A stretch of DNA of 64,000 bases. Origin: an uncultured candidatus Porisulfidus sp. Its GTDB lineage: Bacteria; Pseudomonadota; Gammaproteobacteria; Poriferisulfidales; Poriferisulfidaceae. The stretch covers positions 247,764-311,763 of the forward strand of contig OZ243950.1 of the NCBI GenBank assembly GCA_965214545.1, written 5' to 3'. The position numbers and the translations under genes are program-made. Shown one piece after another: positions 1 to 8,883 of the stretch (positions are counted from its first letter, which is position 1; the number at the start of each line of letters is the position of its first letter). The notes beneath the pieces are model-generated. The model was given only the letters and a program-made list of their open reading frames with translations, was not told the DNA's origin and ran no database searches.

Positions 1-1
1 C

Positions 2-1558
2 GCCACCACGATCTTGCAAGCCGTCCGAGTCGGCCGAATCGGGGCCGGCTACACGCTCGCCATGGGGCCGTCCGGAGCCTTCATCGCGATCTGCATCACC
101 GCCATCGTGGAAGGGGGGCCGGCCATGTTGGCCACCCTGGTGGTCCTCTCCTCGCTCTTTCAGTTCGCGCTTTCTGCTCGGCTCTCGCTGTTCCGAAGAA
201 TTCTGACCCCGGCTGTGGCGGGGACGGTCATCATGCTGGTGCCGGTGACCGTCATGCCGATTGTTTTCGATCTGCTGACCTCGGTGCCCGAAGGGACGCC
301 CGCGTCGGCCGCCGCCTTCAGTGCCGGCGTGACCTTGCTGGCCATTGGCGGAGTCGCCCTGAAGGCGACGGGCATCTTGCGCCTTTGGGCTCCGGTTATC
401 GGCGTCGCTGTCGGTTCCATGGTGGCCGGAGCCTTCGGGCTCTATGAAGTCCATCGCGTGGCCGAGGCTTCGTGGCTGGGCCTCCCGGAGATCGCCTGGC
501 CCGGTTACGACCTCAGCTTCGGTCCGGTCTTCTGGACACTCGTGCCGGCCTTCGTGTTCGTGACCCTGGTCGGGGCCGTGGAGACGGTGGGGGATTCTGT
601 CGCCATCCAGCGAATCGCCTGGCGCCGTCCTCGGGCCGTGGACTTTCGCGTGGTGCAGGGCACGGTGGCAGCGGACGGGGTAGGCAACCTGTTGTCTGGC
701 CTCCTGGGGACCGTGCCGAACACGACCTATTCGACCAGCATTTCTGTTGCCGAACTGACCGGGGTGGGGGCCCGAAGGGTCGGGGTCGCGCTGGGGCTGG
801 TGTTCTTGGTCCTGGCGTTCCTCCCCAAGTCGCTGGCCGTCATCCTGGCGATCCCCGGCCCGGTGGCGGGCGCATACATCGGTGTCCTGCTGTCGTTGCT
901 ATTCGTGGTCGGCATGAGGGTGACGGTTCAGGACGGCATTGACTACCGGACGGGATTGATCGCCGGGGTATCCTTCTGGATCGGGGTCGGGCTTCAGAAC
1001 GGTTGGATTTATCCCGAGGTTGTGTCTGAATTCGCAGGCGGGCTGTTGAACAACGGAATCACGGCCGGTGGCCTCGTGGCCATCTTCATGACCCTGTTCA
1101 TGGAACTGACGAAGTCCCGCCGCCACCAGGTCGAGCTAAGCCTCGACGTGTCGGTCCTGCCGAAGATCGAGGGGCTCCTGCACAAATTCGCAGCCACTCA
1201 AAGCTGGGATGCGGCCATGACGAGCCGCCTCTGCGCCGCTGCCGAAGAGACCTTGTTGACGCTTCAAGAGCAGACGGACAGCGAGGCAGGCGCAGACCAG
1301 CGCCGACTGCTTTTGACGGCCTACCGGGAAGATGAAGAAGCCGTCCTCGAATTCGTGGCGGCGCCAGGAGGAGAGAACCTTCAGGATCGGATCGCCCTGC
1401 TCGGCAGGCGCTCCATCTCCGCCTCAGTCGAAAGCGAAACCTCCCTGCGGCTGCTTCGGCACTTGGCGTCTTCGGTCTATCACCAGCAATACCACGACAC
1501 GGACATCGTGACCGTGCGGGTGGATGCCTCGGACTTGGGCTCTGACAGCCGGCACTGA
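2..1558 (+). CDS. NCS2-type nucleobase (xanthine/uracil family) permease, N-terminus cut by the window edge, with a soluble C-terminal extension of about 140 aa
   Basis: ORF 14..1558 opens on TTG and the frame stays open back to base 2. The translation is a multi-TM, Gly/Ala/Val-rich protein with NCS2-like segments (TVPNTTYSTSISVAELTGVGARRVG). The last 140 aa or so are hydrophilic. Confidence 0.65.
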   Translation, partial: ATTILQAVRVGRIGAGYTLAMGPSGAFIAICITAIVEGGPAMLATLVVLSSLFQFALSARLSLFRRILTPAVAGTVIMLVPVTVMPIVFDLLTSVPEGTPASAAAFSAGVTLLAIGGVALKATGILRLWAPVIGVAVGSMVAGAFGLYEVHRVAEASWLGLPEIAWPGYDLSFGPVFWTLVPAFVFVTLVGAVETVGDSVAIQRIAWRRPRAVDFRVVQGTVAADGVGNLLSGLLGTVPNTTYSTSISVAELTGVGARRVGVALGLVFLVLAFLPKSLAVILAIPGPVAGAYIGVLLSLLFVVGMRVTVQDGIDYRTGLIAGVSFWIGVGLQNGWIYPEVVSEFAGGLLNNGITAGGLVAIFMTLFMELTKSRRHQVELSLDVSVLPKIEGLLHKFAATQSWDAAMTSRLCAAAEETLLTLQEQTDSEAGADQRRLLLTAYREDEEAVLEFVAAPGGENLQDRIALLGRRSISASVESETSLRLLRHLASSVYHQQYHDTDIVTVRVDASDLGSDSRH

Positions 1559-1634
1559 AAGGCACACACCTCAGAGTTGCCGGCACGCCTCAGGCGAAAG
1601 ACCTCAGCGAGTCGTGAATGGATGTTCTTTCGTG

Positions 1635-2618
1635 TTATCCGAGCAGATCGGCAACCGTCTCACGCTCACTCAGCAGTTCGGCCTCGTTGGCCTCAATCTG
1701 CTCGCGCCCGAAAGCGTCCAGCTCCAGCCCGGGCACAATGGAATAGCCGGACTCCGAGCATTGGCAGGGGAAGGAGAAGATGATGCCTTCCGCCACGCCG
1801 TAGGAGCCATCCGAAAACACGCTCATGCTGATCCAGTCGTTCTTGGCGGTTCCCTGGACCCAATCGCGCATGTGCAGGATGGCCGCGTTGGCGGCCGAGG
1901 CTGCGGAAGAGGCGCCGCGCGCCTCGATCACCTTGGCACCGCGTTGTTGGATTCCGGGAATGAATGTGTCCCGGTACCAGTCCGCATCCACCAGTTCCCG
2001 GACCGGGGTGCCGGAAGCCGTGCAATAACTGATGTCGGGATGCATCTTCGGGGAATGATTCCCCCAGACCGTCATGCGGGCGATGTTGGAGACCGGCTGG
2101 CCCGTCTGCACGGCTAATTGCGAGCGCGACCGTTCATGATCCAGGCGGGTCATTGCGGAGAACTGCTGCGGGGCGAGGTCCGGGGCGTGATGCAGGGCGA
2201 TCAGTGCGTTCGTGTTGGCCGGGTTGCCGATGACCAGGACGCGGACGTCACGGCTTGAACAATCATTGATCGCCTTGCCTTGGGGGCCGAAGATTTTCCC
2301 GTTTTCCTGGATCAGGTCGCTGCGTTCCATGCCTTTCCCGCGCGGGCGCGCCCCGAACATGAACACGTAGTCCGCATCCCCGAATCCGTTTTCCAGGTCG
2401 TCGCTCAGGACGACATCGCGCAACAGGGGGAAGGCGCAGTCTTCCAGTTCCATCGCGGTCCCGCCGAGCGACGGCATCGCCGGGGGGATATCGATCAGAT
2501 TCAGGGCGACCGGTTGCTGGTCGCCCAGGAATTCGCCGGCCGCGATGCGGAACATGGCTTGGTAGGCGATGTTTCCGGCTGCGCCGGTGATGGCAATTCT
2601 CTTCGGAGGCGTGGTCAT
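1635..2618 (-). CDS. mdh: malate dehydrogenase (NAD-dependent, long form)
   Basis: 327 aa. Rossmann motif ITGAAGNIAYQ is at the N-terminus, GNPANTNALI is internal, and the overall pattern matches MDH. Confidence 0.9.
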   Translation of the reverse strand: MTTPPKRIAITGAAGNIAYQAMFRIAAGEFLGDQQPVALNLIDIPPAMPSLGGTAMELEDCAFPLLRDVVLSDDLENGFGDADYVFMFGARPRGKGMERSDLIQENGKIFGPQGKAINDCSSRDVRVLVIGNPANTNALIALHHAPDLAPQQFSAMTRLDHERSRSQLAVQTGQPVSNIARMTVWGNHSPKMHPDISYCTASGTPVRELVDADWYRDTFIPGIQQRGAKVIEARGASSAASAANAAILHMRDWVQGTAKNDWISMSVFSDGSYGVAEGIIFSFPCQCSESGYSIVPGLELDAFGREQIEANEAELLSERETVADLLG

Positions 2619-2660
2619 GGCTGGAAGTCCGGTGGAATGATAAACGGGTTGGCGTGAAGG

Positions 2661-3755
2661 CTAATGGAGGCGATGCGAGCGCCCCAGGTACGCATGGCTG
2701 CGCATCTCGTGGAGGCGGCTGGCGGTCCGCTCGAATTCCAGCTCCAGACGTTTTCCCTGGTACAGCTGGTCCGGCTCGGCGGCCGCGGAGACGATCAGGG
2801 TCACGTTGCGGTCGTAGAATTCGTCGATCATCTCGATGAAACGTCGCGCACTGTCGTCCGTCGACGAATCGAACACCGGGATGCCCGAGACCAGCACGGT
2901 GTGGAAGCAGCGTGCAATCGCGATGTAGTCATCGACGCAGCGGGGCGACTGGCACAGGTCGTCGAAATCGAACCAGATCGCATCGTGCGACAGGCGCTTG
3001 ACCGGGATGGTGCGGCTCTCGACCTCGATGGTCGTCTCTGTTCGGTCCAGATCCGAGGCAAGGTATTCAAAATGATCCCGCAACACCGGCTCGGCAGCCC
3101 CGTTGCTGCTGAGGCAATAGGTTTCGGTCTGATCCAGGTGTTGCAGGCGGTAGTCGTAGGCGGTCGCCAGTTCGAACACCGTCATGTGGGTCTTGATCAG
3201 CTCGATCGCAGGCAGGAACCGCTCCCGCTGCAACCCACCCTCGTAGAGGCTGTCCGGGGCACAGTTGGAGGTCGCGACCACAGTCACCTGGCGCCGGAAC
3301 AGGCCTTCCAGAAGCCCAGCCAGGATCATGGCGTCGGTAATGTCCGAGACGAAAAATTCGTCAATGCAGAGGACCTTGTACTTTTTCGCCATGCGGGCGG
3401 CTAGGAGATCGAGGGGATTTCGTCGATCCTGCATGTACTTGAGCTTGTGGTGGATGTGTCGCATGAAACGATGGAAGTGCATACGCCGCTTCTTGCGCAA
3501 GGGCAGGGAGTTGAAGAACAAGTCCATCAGGTAGGTCTTGCCGCTCCCGACCGTGCCCCACAACCACAGGCCGGAGGTTTGTGTGGGTGAATTGGATTTC
3601 AGGCGGCGCAGGCGGTCGCGGATTAACGCCTTGGCGCGCGAGTGCCGGGTCAGGTGGTCGAAAAGTAGCTGGAACTGCTGGGCGGCTTTGTATTGCACCG
3701 GGTCGGGCGTGAATTGCCTCCGGGCAATCTGTGTCTCGTACGCATCGATAAACAT
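2661..3755 (-). CDS. zapE: AFG1-like ATPase / cell division protein ZapE
   Basis: 364 aa with Walker A GTVGSGKTYLMD and the AFG1/ZapE layout. ATG at 3755. Confidence 0.85.
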   Translation of the reverse strand: MFIDAYETQIARRQFTPDPVQYKAAQQFQLLFDHLTRHSRAKALIRDRLRRLKSNSPTQTSGLWLWGTVGSGKTYLMDLFFNSLPLRKKRRMHFHRFMRHIHHKLKYMQDRRNPLDLLAARMAKKYKVLCIDEFFVSDITDAMILAGLLEGLFRRQVTVVATSNCAPDSLYEGGLQRERFLPAIELIKTHMTVFELATAYDYRLQHLDQTETYCLSSNGAAEPVLRDHFEYLASDLDRTETTIEVESRTIPVKRLSHDAIWFDFDDLCQSPRCVDDYIAIARCFHTVLVSGIPVFDSSTDDSARRFIEMIDEFYDRNVTLIVSAAAEPDQLYQGKRLELEFERTASRLHEMRSHAYLGRSHRLH

Positions 3756-3858
3756 AAAGTAAGGTGCAACCGCAAAACGAATGCCCCTATTCTACATAGG
3801 GCGGGGCTTCTGCCCCAGCAAGTAAGATAGGGCTTCACCGAGCCCGTGCCCGCCCGAA

Positions 3859-5256
3859 ATGTCCGACCCCATCATCCGAACCCGGTTCGCGCCCAGCCCG
3901 ACCGGTGCCTTGCACCTGGGGGGCGCCCGCACGGCTTTGTACAACTGGCTGTACGCCCGGCATTGCGGGGGGCAATTCCTCCTGCGAATCGAGGATACCG
4001 ACCGGGAACGGTCCAAAGACGAGCATTGCCAGCAAATCCTCTCCGTGATGCGCTGGATGGGCATGGACTGGGATGGCGAAGTGGTTCATCAATCAAAGCG
4101 ATCTGATCGTTACCGGGAAATTATCCAAACTCTGCTCGATCAGGGCGATGCCTACTACTGCGACTGCCCGGCAGAACGTCTGGAGCAACTGCGCAAGGAG
4201 CAGATGGCGGCGAAGATCAAACCCCGCTACGATCACCGCTGCCGCAATCGGGGCAATCCTCCGTCGGCGCAGTCGGTGGTTCGGTTTAAAACCCCGTTGG
4301 AGGGCGACGTGGTCGTCCGGGACAGCCTGAAAGGGGAGGTCCGCTTTTCCAACGTGGAACTGGACGACCTTGTGATTGCCCGAGCGGACGGCAGCGCAAC
4401 CTATCACCTGGCGGTCGTCACGGACGACATGGATGCCGGCATCACGCACGTCATCCGGGGAGACGACCACCTGAACAACACGCCCCGGCAAGTGAATATC
4501 CTCTCTGCATTGGGCGCCGCCGTGCCGACCTATGCGCATGTGCCGATGATCCTGGACGAGCAGGGCCGAAAGATGGCCAAGCGGAAAGACGCCGCCGGAG
4601 TCGAACACTACCGCGAGCAGGGGATTCTGCCGACGGCCCTGATCAATATTCTCGCCCGCCTGGGATGGGCGCACGGGGACGATGAATTGTTTTCGGTCGA
4701 AGAACTGATTCGACTGTTCGACCTCTCCGGGTTGAGCCCGGCCGCGAGCCGGATCGATCCGAAAAAAATGGCGTGGGTCAACCAGCAACAGATGGGCCGG
4801 GTGTCCGAAGGCGAAATCAATGCGGAATTCGATTGGCATTGCGGGCGGCAAGATTTGGATCCCGATGTGTTGGGCCCGCCGGATCGAACGGCGCTGTTCG
4901 AGGTCCAACGAAAACGCTGCCGCAACGTGGCGGACATGGTCACGCAAAGCCGGTGGTTGCTGTTAGAAGATCCGGGAATGGACGAGTCGGCGCGGGAAAA
5001 ATTCCTCACTGCGGAATCCCGCACGATCTTAAAGGAGTTGGCCGATGAAATGGAACAGGCCGACTGGACGGTGGCGTTCCTGAAGGACTTGGTCGATGCG
5101 GCCTGCGGGCGTCACCAGGTCAAACCCGGGAAAGTCGCACAGCCACTGCGCGTCGCCGTGACCGGAGGGACGGTCTCACCCGGCATTGAAGACACCTTGG
5201 TTTTGCTTGGCCGGGAACGAGCATTGCAGCGGTTGCGGGCGGCGATTCAAGATTGA
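3859..5256 (+). CDS. gltX: glutamate--tRNA ligase
   Basis: 465 aa. Class I synthetase motifs PSPTGALHLGGART (HIGH-type) and KMAKR (KMSKS-type). Confidence 0.95.
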   Translation: MSDPIIRTRFAPSPTGALHLGGARTALYNWLYARHCGGQFLLRIEDTDRERSKDEHCQQILSVMRWMGMDWDGEVVHQSKRSDRYREIIQTLLDQGDAYYCDCPAERLEQLRKEQMAAKIKPRYDHRCRNRGNPPSAQSVVRFKTPLEGDVVVRDSLKGEVRFSNVELDDLVIARADGSATYHLAVVTDDMDAGITHVIRGDDHLNNTPRQVNILSALGAAVPTYAHVPMILDEQGRKMAKRKDAAGVEHYREQGILPTALINILARLGWAHGDDELFSVEELIRLFDLSGLSPAASRIDPKKMAWVNQQQMGRVSEGEINAEFDWHCGRQDLDPDVLGPPDRTALFEVQRKRCRNVADMVTQSRWLLLEDPGMDESAREKFLTAESRTILKELADEMEQADWTVAFLKDLVDAACGRHQVKPGKVAQPLRVAVTGGTVSPGIEDTLVLLGRERALQRLRAAIQD

Positions 5257-5316
5257 TCTGTCGGCGGTTGGGCCGGATGGCTCGGGTGAAGTCCCGGCGA
5301 AACCCCTGTACAATAT

Positions 5317-5345
5317 TTGACGAAATGAGCACTTTTGACTAGAGT
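5317..5345 (+). promoter_or_regulatory. candidate sigma70 promoter for tRNA-Glu (TTGACG - 17 nt - TAGAGT, followed by a GC-rich discriminator GCGC)
   Basis: The hexamers were read directly from the sequence, about 18 nt upstream of the tRNA 5' end. No experimental support. Confidence 0.3.
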
Positions 5346-5362
5346 GCGCATCCACCGACGCT

Positions 5363-5438
5363 GTCCCCATCGTCTAGAGGCCTAGGACACTGCCCTTTCA
5401 CGGCGGCAACAGGGGTTCGAATCCCCTTGGGGACGCCA
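5363..5438 (+). tRNA. tRNA-Glu (anticodon UUC), CCA encoded
   Basis: The cloverleaf folds by hand: acceptor GTCCCCA/TGGGGAC, anticodon stem CTGCC/GGCGG with loop CTTTCAC, T arm AGGGG-TTCGAAT-CCCCT, and a 3' GCCA. Confidence 0.95.
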
Positions 5439-5480
5439 GTTTCCGATGATTGACGACGACGCTTGAACGCACGTGTGCGT

Positions 5481-5741
5481 TCAATGCTCCGCATGGAGAT
5501 CGTCGAGGAGGCTCTCCACGTCGTCAAACTGCGGCAAGTTGCCTTCTCGGGCTTCCTTTATGGCGGCGATGGTTTCGGCGCTCTGCACGAGCGGCGCGAA
5601 CGGCAGCACCCTTTCCTTGGCCACGCGCGTGAGTAGCAGCCGGACCACGTCCGAGATGGTTAGCCCCATCGCGGCCAGAACGGTAGCGGCCTCCTCCTTA
5701 ATCTTCTTGTCGATGCGCACCTGAACGAGGTGATTCGTCAT
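5481..5741 (-). CDS. RelB/DinJ-family type II antitoxin, with no cognate toxin gene adjacent
   Basis: 86 aa. The N-terminal ribbon-helix-helix pattern VQVRIDKKIKEEAATVLAAMGLTISDVVRLLL is typical of DinJ/RelB. Confidence 0.75.
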   Translation of the reverse strand: MTNHLVQVRIDKKIKEEAATVLAAMGLTISDVVRLLLTRVAKERVLPFAPLVQSAETIAAIKEAREGNLPQFDDVESLLDDLHAEH

Positions 5742-5912
5742 GGTTGGTCAACCGGTTAATCGAGTCGTGCACGACATTGTACGCACGGCCAATAAGCGGG
5801 CACTTCGACACGCAGACATACGCAGCGTCCCTCAGCCAGAAAGAGATTCTCGAAATTCGTTGCGCACACGCTTGCTAATAAGGTCACGATTAATCAAAAC
5901 ATCAACCTCGCT

Positions 5913-6827
5913 TTAGATGTCGTTGAGACTCTTTGCTGTTTTGAGATTTTGGAGGGTTGTATAGCGGGGTCCTTGCATGGCTCCCTTTGGAGCATTTCCA
6001 TACGGAATGGGCCCTAGCGATATGGCCTTTTCTGAAAAGATGAGTTTATATTTACCACTTTCACCGTAAGATTCGATACGTTCAACAGGCGCGTAGTGAG
6101 TGATGGCAGATACAGGTTGCGTTTGGTATGCCGCAACATACTTGATTTTTGTAAGCATGCCACCAGAGATGCGGATTGCATGCCAACAATTCTCACCGAG
6201 AAAAGTATTCTCAAAACCTTCTTTTTTTGCTGGAACGACAACAGTATCAATCTGTTCTTGCTGAGACTTGTTCAATTGCTCGGAAATTACAGTTCTTGGT
6301 GTGGCGATTGCCTTTGGAAGTTCGAATGCACGAAGGTTGACCAGTGGAAGAATTTGGAGGATTTCGTTTAAGAAGCTTTGAGTGTCAGCTTTTTCAGCTT
6401 CCGTAAGTGTGGGTTCTTGAGGTGCATTGCCATTATCGAGTATACAACGTTTAGCCTTGATAGCACGGTCAACCAGAGCATATTCAAGCCAGGTGACGTG
6501 CGCACGATTGAGGCTGTTGTTTTCTGACACAAATATTATTCCGTGATCCCAGAAATCTTTATTCTTATCATGTGAATCAATTCGATTACGAACGCTGTCA
6601 GCTTGTCCGACATAAATCATGGGTAAGTCATCATTTTCCTCTTGCCCCTTATAGCCGGTGAGGATGTAGACACCGGCACTCTTGAATTGGTCCCGCTTTC
6701 TAATCTCTAACCATTTGATCCGAGGAAAAGCTAGGCCAATGCCCGTCCAGTTCATGCGATCAATAAGTTTAAGTCCTTCCGGGTCTCCATCTGGGACGAA
6801 AATGCGGATTGTAAAAGGATCTGGCAT
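5913..6827 (-). CDS. GIY-YIG-type nuclease family protein with an unassigned C-terminal domain
   Basis: 304 aa from ATG 6827, which has AAGGAG 7 nt upstream. The motif is GVYILTGY...MIYVGQADSVRNRIDSH...HVTWLEYAL. The region is AT-rich (the line starting 6001 has 24/60 G+C). Confidence 0.6.
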   Translation of the reverse strand: MPDPFTIRIFVPDGDPEGLKLIDRMNWTGIGLAFPRIKWLEIRKRDQFKSAGVYILTGYKGQEENDDLPMIYVGQADSVRNRIDSHDKNKDFWDHGIIFVSENNSLNRAHVTWLEYALVDRAIKAKRCILDNGNAPQEPTLTEAEKADTQSFLNEILQILPLVNLRAFELPKAIATPRTVISEQLNKSQQEQIDTVVVPAKKEGFENTFLGENCWHAIRISGGMLTKIKYVAAYQTQPVSAITHYAPVERIESYGESGKYKLIFSEKAISLGPIPYGNAPKGAMQGPRYTTLQNLKTAKSLNDI

Positions 6828-6925
6828 TATTTGCTCCTTATTTATTTGGCGTGGGGCACACATTATTATGCTGTAACTATGGTGTTTGGCCTACTAGAGT
6901 ACTAGGAGTCTAGGCTCGTAAAGAA

Positions 6926-7714
6926 TCAGGGTCGAATGCCGACGCCTCGCTTAAGCAGATGCAGGCAGATGTAGGCGAGGACGGCAATGACGCCGACAAT
7001 CAGCAAAAGTGAGTTGACCGGGTCCACTTCTTGTATTCCCATCCAACCGTAGCGGAACAGCCCGATCATATGCAGGATCGGATTGAGCAGGGAAACCTGC
7101 TGCCAGAAAGGTGAGAGCATGTCCAAGGAATAAAAAATCCCGCCCAGGTAGGTCAGAGGGGTCAGCACGAAGGTCGGGATGATCGAAATGTCGTCAAAAC
7201 TTCTCGCGTAGATGCCGTTGATGAGGCCGGCGAGGGAGAACAGGATGCAGGTCAGGACGGCAACCCCCAACACCAAGGCCAGATGGGACAGGGGAATCTC
7301 GGCGAAAAAGGCGGTGACCGCGGTCACCACCAGACCCACGGCCAGCCCGCGCATGATGCCGCCGCTGACGAAGCCGACCAGAATGACGAAATTCGACACC
7401 GGGGAAACGAGCAGTTCCTCGATGTGCCGCTGGAACTTGGCGCTGTAGAACGAAGAGACCACGTTGGCGTAAGCATTGGTGATGACGGACATCAGAATGA
7501 GGCCAGGCGCGATGTAGTCCATATAGCGATAGCCGCCGATGTCCGCCAGTTGCGAGCCGATCAGTTCCCCGAAGATGATGAAGTACAACACCGTCGTGAT
7601 GGCGGGCGGGAAAATCGTTTGGATCCAGAGACGCATGAACCGCAGGTATTCCCGGATCAACATGCTCTGGAGCGCGATCAGTTGCTGTTTCAACGGCATG
7701 GCTTTTTCAATCAA
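6926..7714 (-). CDS. yadH: ABC-2 type transporter permease (YadH-like)
   Basis: 262 aa. Strong by-eye similarity to E. coli YadH (FMRLWIQT..PP..T..YFIIFG, VITNAYANV.SSF..AKFQR.IEELL, FVLTPLTYLGG.FYSL). Confidence 0.85.
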   Translation of the reverse strand: MIEKAMPLKQQLIALQSMLIREYLRFMRLWIQTIFPPAITTVLYFIIFGELIGSQLADIGGYRYMDYIAPGLILMSVITNAYANVVSSFYSAKFQRHIEELLVSPVSNFVILVGFVSGGIMRGLAVGLVVTAVTAFFAEIPLSHLALVLGVAVLTCILFSLAGLINGIYARSFDDISIIPTFVLTPLTYLGGIFYSLDMLSPFWQQVSLLNPILHMIGLFRYGWMGIQEVDPVNSLLLIVGVIAVLAYICLHLLKRGVGIRP

Positions 7715-8639
7715 AATGGTGGCCGACCAATTGGAGGAAAAGTTTCTCCAGCCGATTGGTCTTGTTCTTCATGCTGAGAATTTCAACCCCCTGCGCGCTG
7801 AGCTCGCCGAACAGGTGATTCAGGCTTCCGTCCTTGTGCACCGTGGCCTCCAGCGTCTTCGGGTCCGGGCTGCGCAGGGCATAACCCTCGACCTGCGGGC
7901 AATGGGGCAGGGGGGTCTTCAGGTACAGCACGAAGTGTTCTGAGTCGAGTTGGTCCAGCAATTCCCGCATCGTGGTGTCAGCGCGAATCCGTCCGTTGTC
8001 GATAATCGCGATGGTCCGGCACAATTGCTCGGCTTCTTCGAGATAGTGCGTGGTCAGGATGATGGTGGTGCCCTGCGAGTTGATCTCCTTGAGGTAATGC
8101 CAGAGGGTGTGGCGGATTTCCAGATCGACTCCCGCGGTCGGCTCATCCAGGATCAGGAGCTGGGGGTCGTGGATCATGGCCCGGGCGATCATCAATCGAC
8201 GTTTCATGCCCCCCGACAGTTCCCGGGCCATGACCGAGCGCTTGTCCCAAAGGTCGAATTGTTCCAGGAGGCGTTGTGCACGTTGGGCCGCATCTGGGCG
8301 ACGGATGCCGTAGTACCCGGCTTGATGCATGAGAATTTCGAGAACCGGGTCGAATTGGTTGAAATTGAATTCCTGAGGAACCAGGCCGAGGCAGGAGCGG
8401 GCGGCGGCATAGTCGCGAACGATGTCGTGGCCGAAGATAGTGACGGAACCCTCTGAAAACGTTACCAGCGAGGAGATGATGCCGATAGCCGTTGACTTTC
8501 CGGCGCCATTGGGTCCGAGAAGGGCAAAGAAGTCTCCCTGCTGCACTTCCAGGCCGATCCCATGCAGTGCCTCTACGCCATTGGCGTAGGTTTTCTTGAG
8601 ACCCTTGATTTGAAGCGCGGGGGGTGGAGATGGTGTCAT
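7707..8639 (-). CDS. yadG: ABC transporter ATP-binding protein (YadG-like)
   Basis: 310 aa with Walker A GPNGAGKST, signature LSGGMKRRL and Walker B LLILDEPT. It overlaps yadH by 8 nt. Confidence 0.9.
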   Translation of the reverse strand: MTPSPPPALQIKGLKKTYANGVEALHGIGLEVQQGDFFALLGPNGAGKSTAIGIISSLVTFSEGSVTIFGHDIVRDYAAARSCLGLVPQEFNFNQFDPVLEILMHQAGYYGIRRPDAAQRAQRLLEQFDLWDKRSVMARELSGGMKRRLMIARAMIHDPQLLILDEPTAGVDLEIRHTLWHYLKEINSQGTTIILTTHYLEEAEQLCRTIAIIDNGRIRADTTMRELLDQLDSEHFVLYLKTPLPHCPQVEGYALRSPDPKTLEATVHKDGSLNHLFGELSAQGVEILSMKNKTNRLEKLFLQLVGHHFD

Positions 8640-8806
8640 TGCGGCAACTACTATAGTCTGAAACAGCCTGCGGTTTCATCGGGCGTCCCTCTCATAGGGA
8701 GACGATGTCCAACCATTAGCAGTCCTCTGCCGGGAACAAGCTGTAGATCAGGAATTTGTTTCGGAAAGCCAGATTTCGAAGTAGTAGGATGTTGAATTGA
8801 AGATTT

Positions 8807-8840
8807 GGTGAGGCACATTCCCCGATTGAATTATCTGCCA
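8807..8840 (+). repeat. degenerate copy of the dusA RBS/5' end (partner at 10632..10666)
   Basis: ggtgagg-cacat-tcccc-gattgaatt-atctgcca compared with ggtgagg-ttt-cacat-gccc-aaccgaatt-ttctgcat. About 26 identities over about 37 aligned columns with 2 gaps, hand-aligned. Confidence 0.35.
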
Positions 8841-8883
8841 GAGATATTCAGCATGTGCCACAGTTAATCTAAGAGCAATGCAG

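Noticed and set aside
6903-6925. Sequence cagggtcgaatgccgacgcc, which resembles the tRNA-Glu T-arm/3' end and could be a distal att repeat of the tRNA-Glu islet
   Set aside because: Only short blocks match (tcgaat, gacgcc), with an internal deletion. The sequence overlaps the yadH stop codon and 3' coding end. This is too weak to call an att site.
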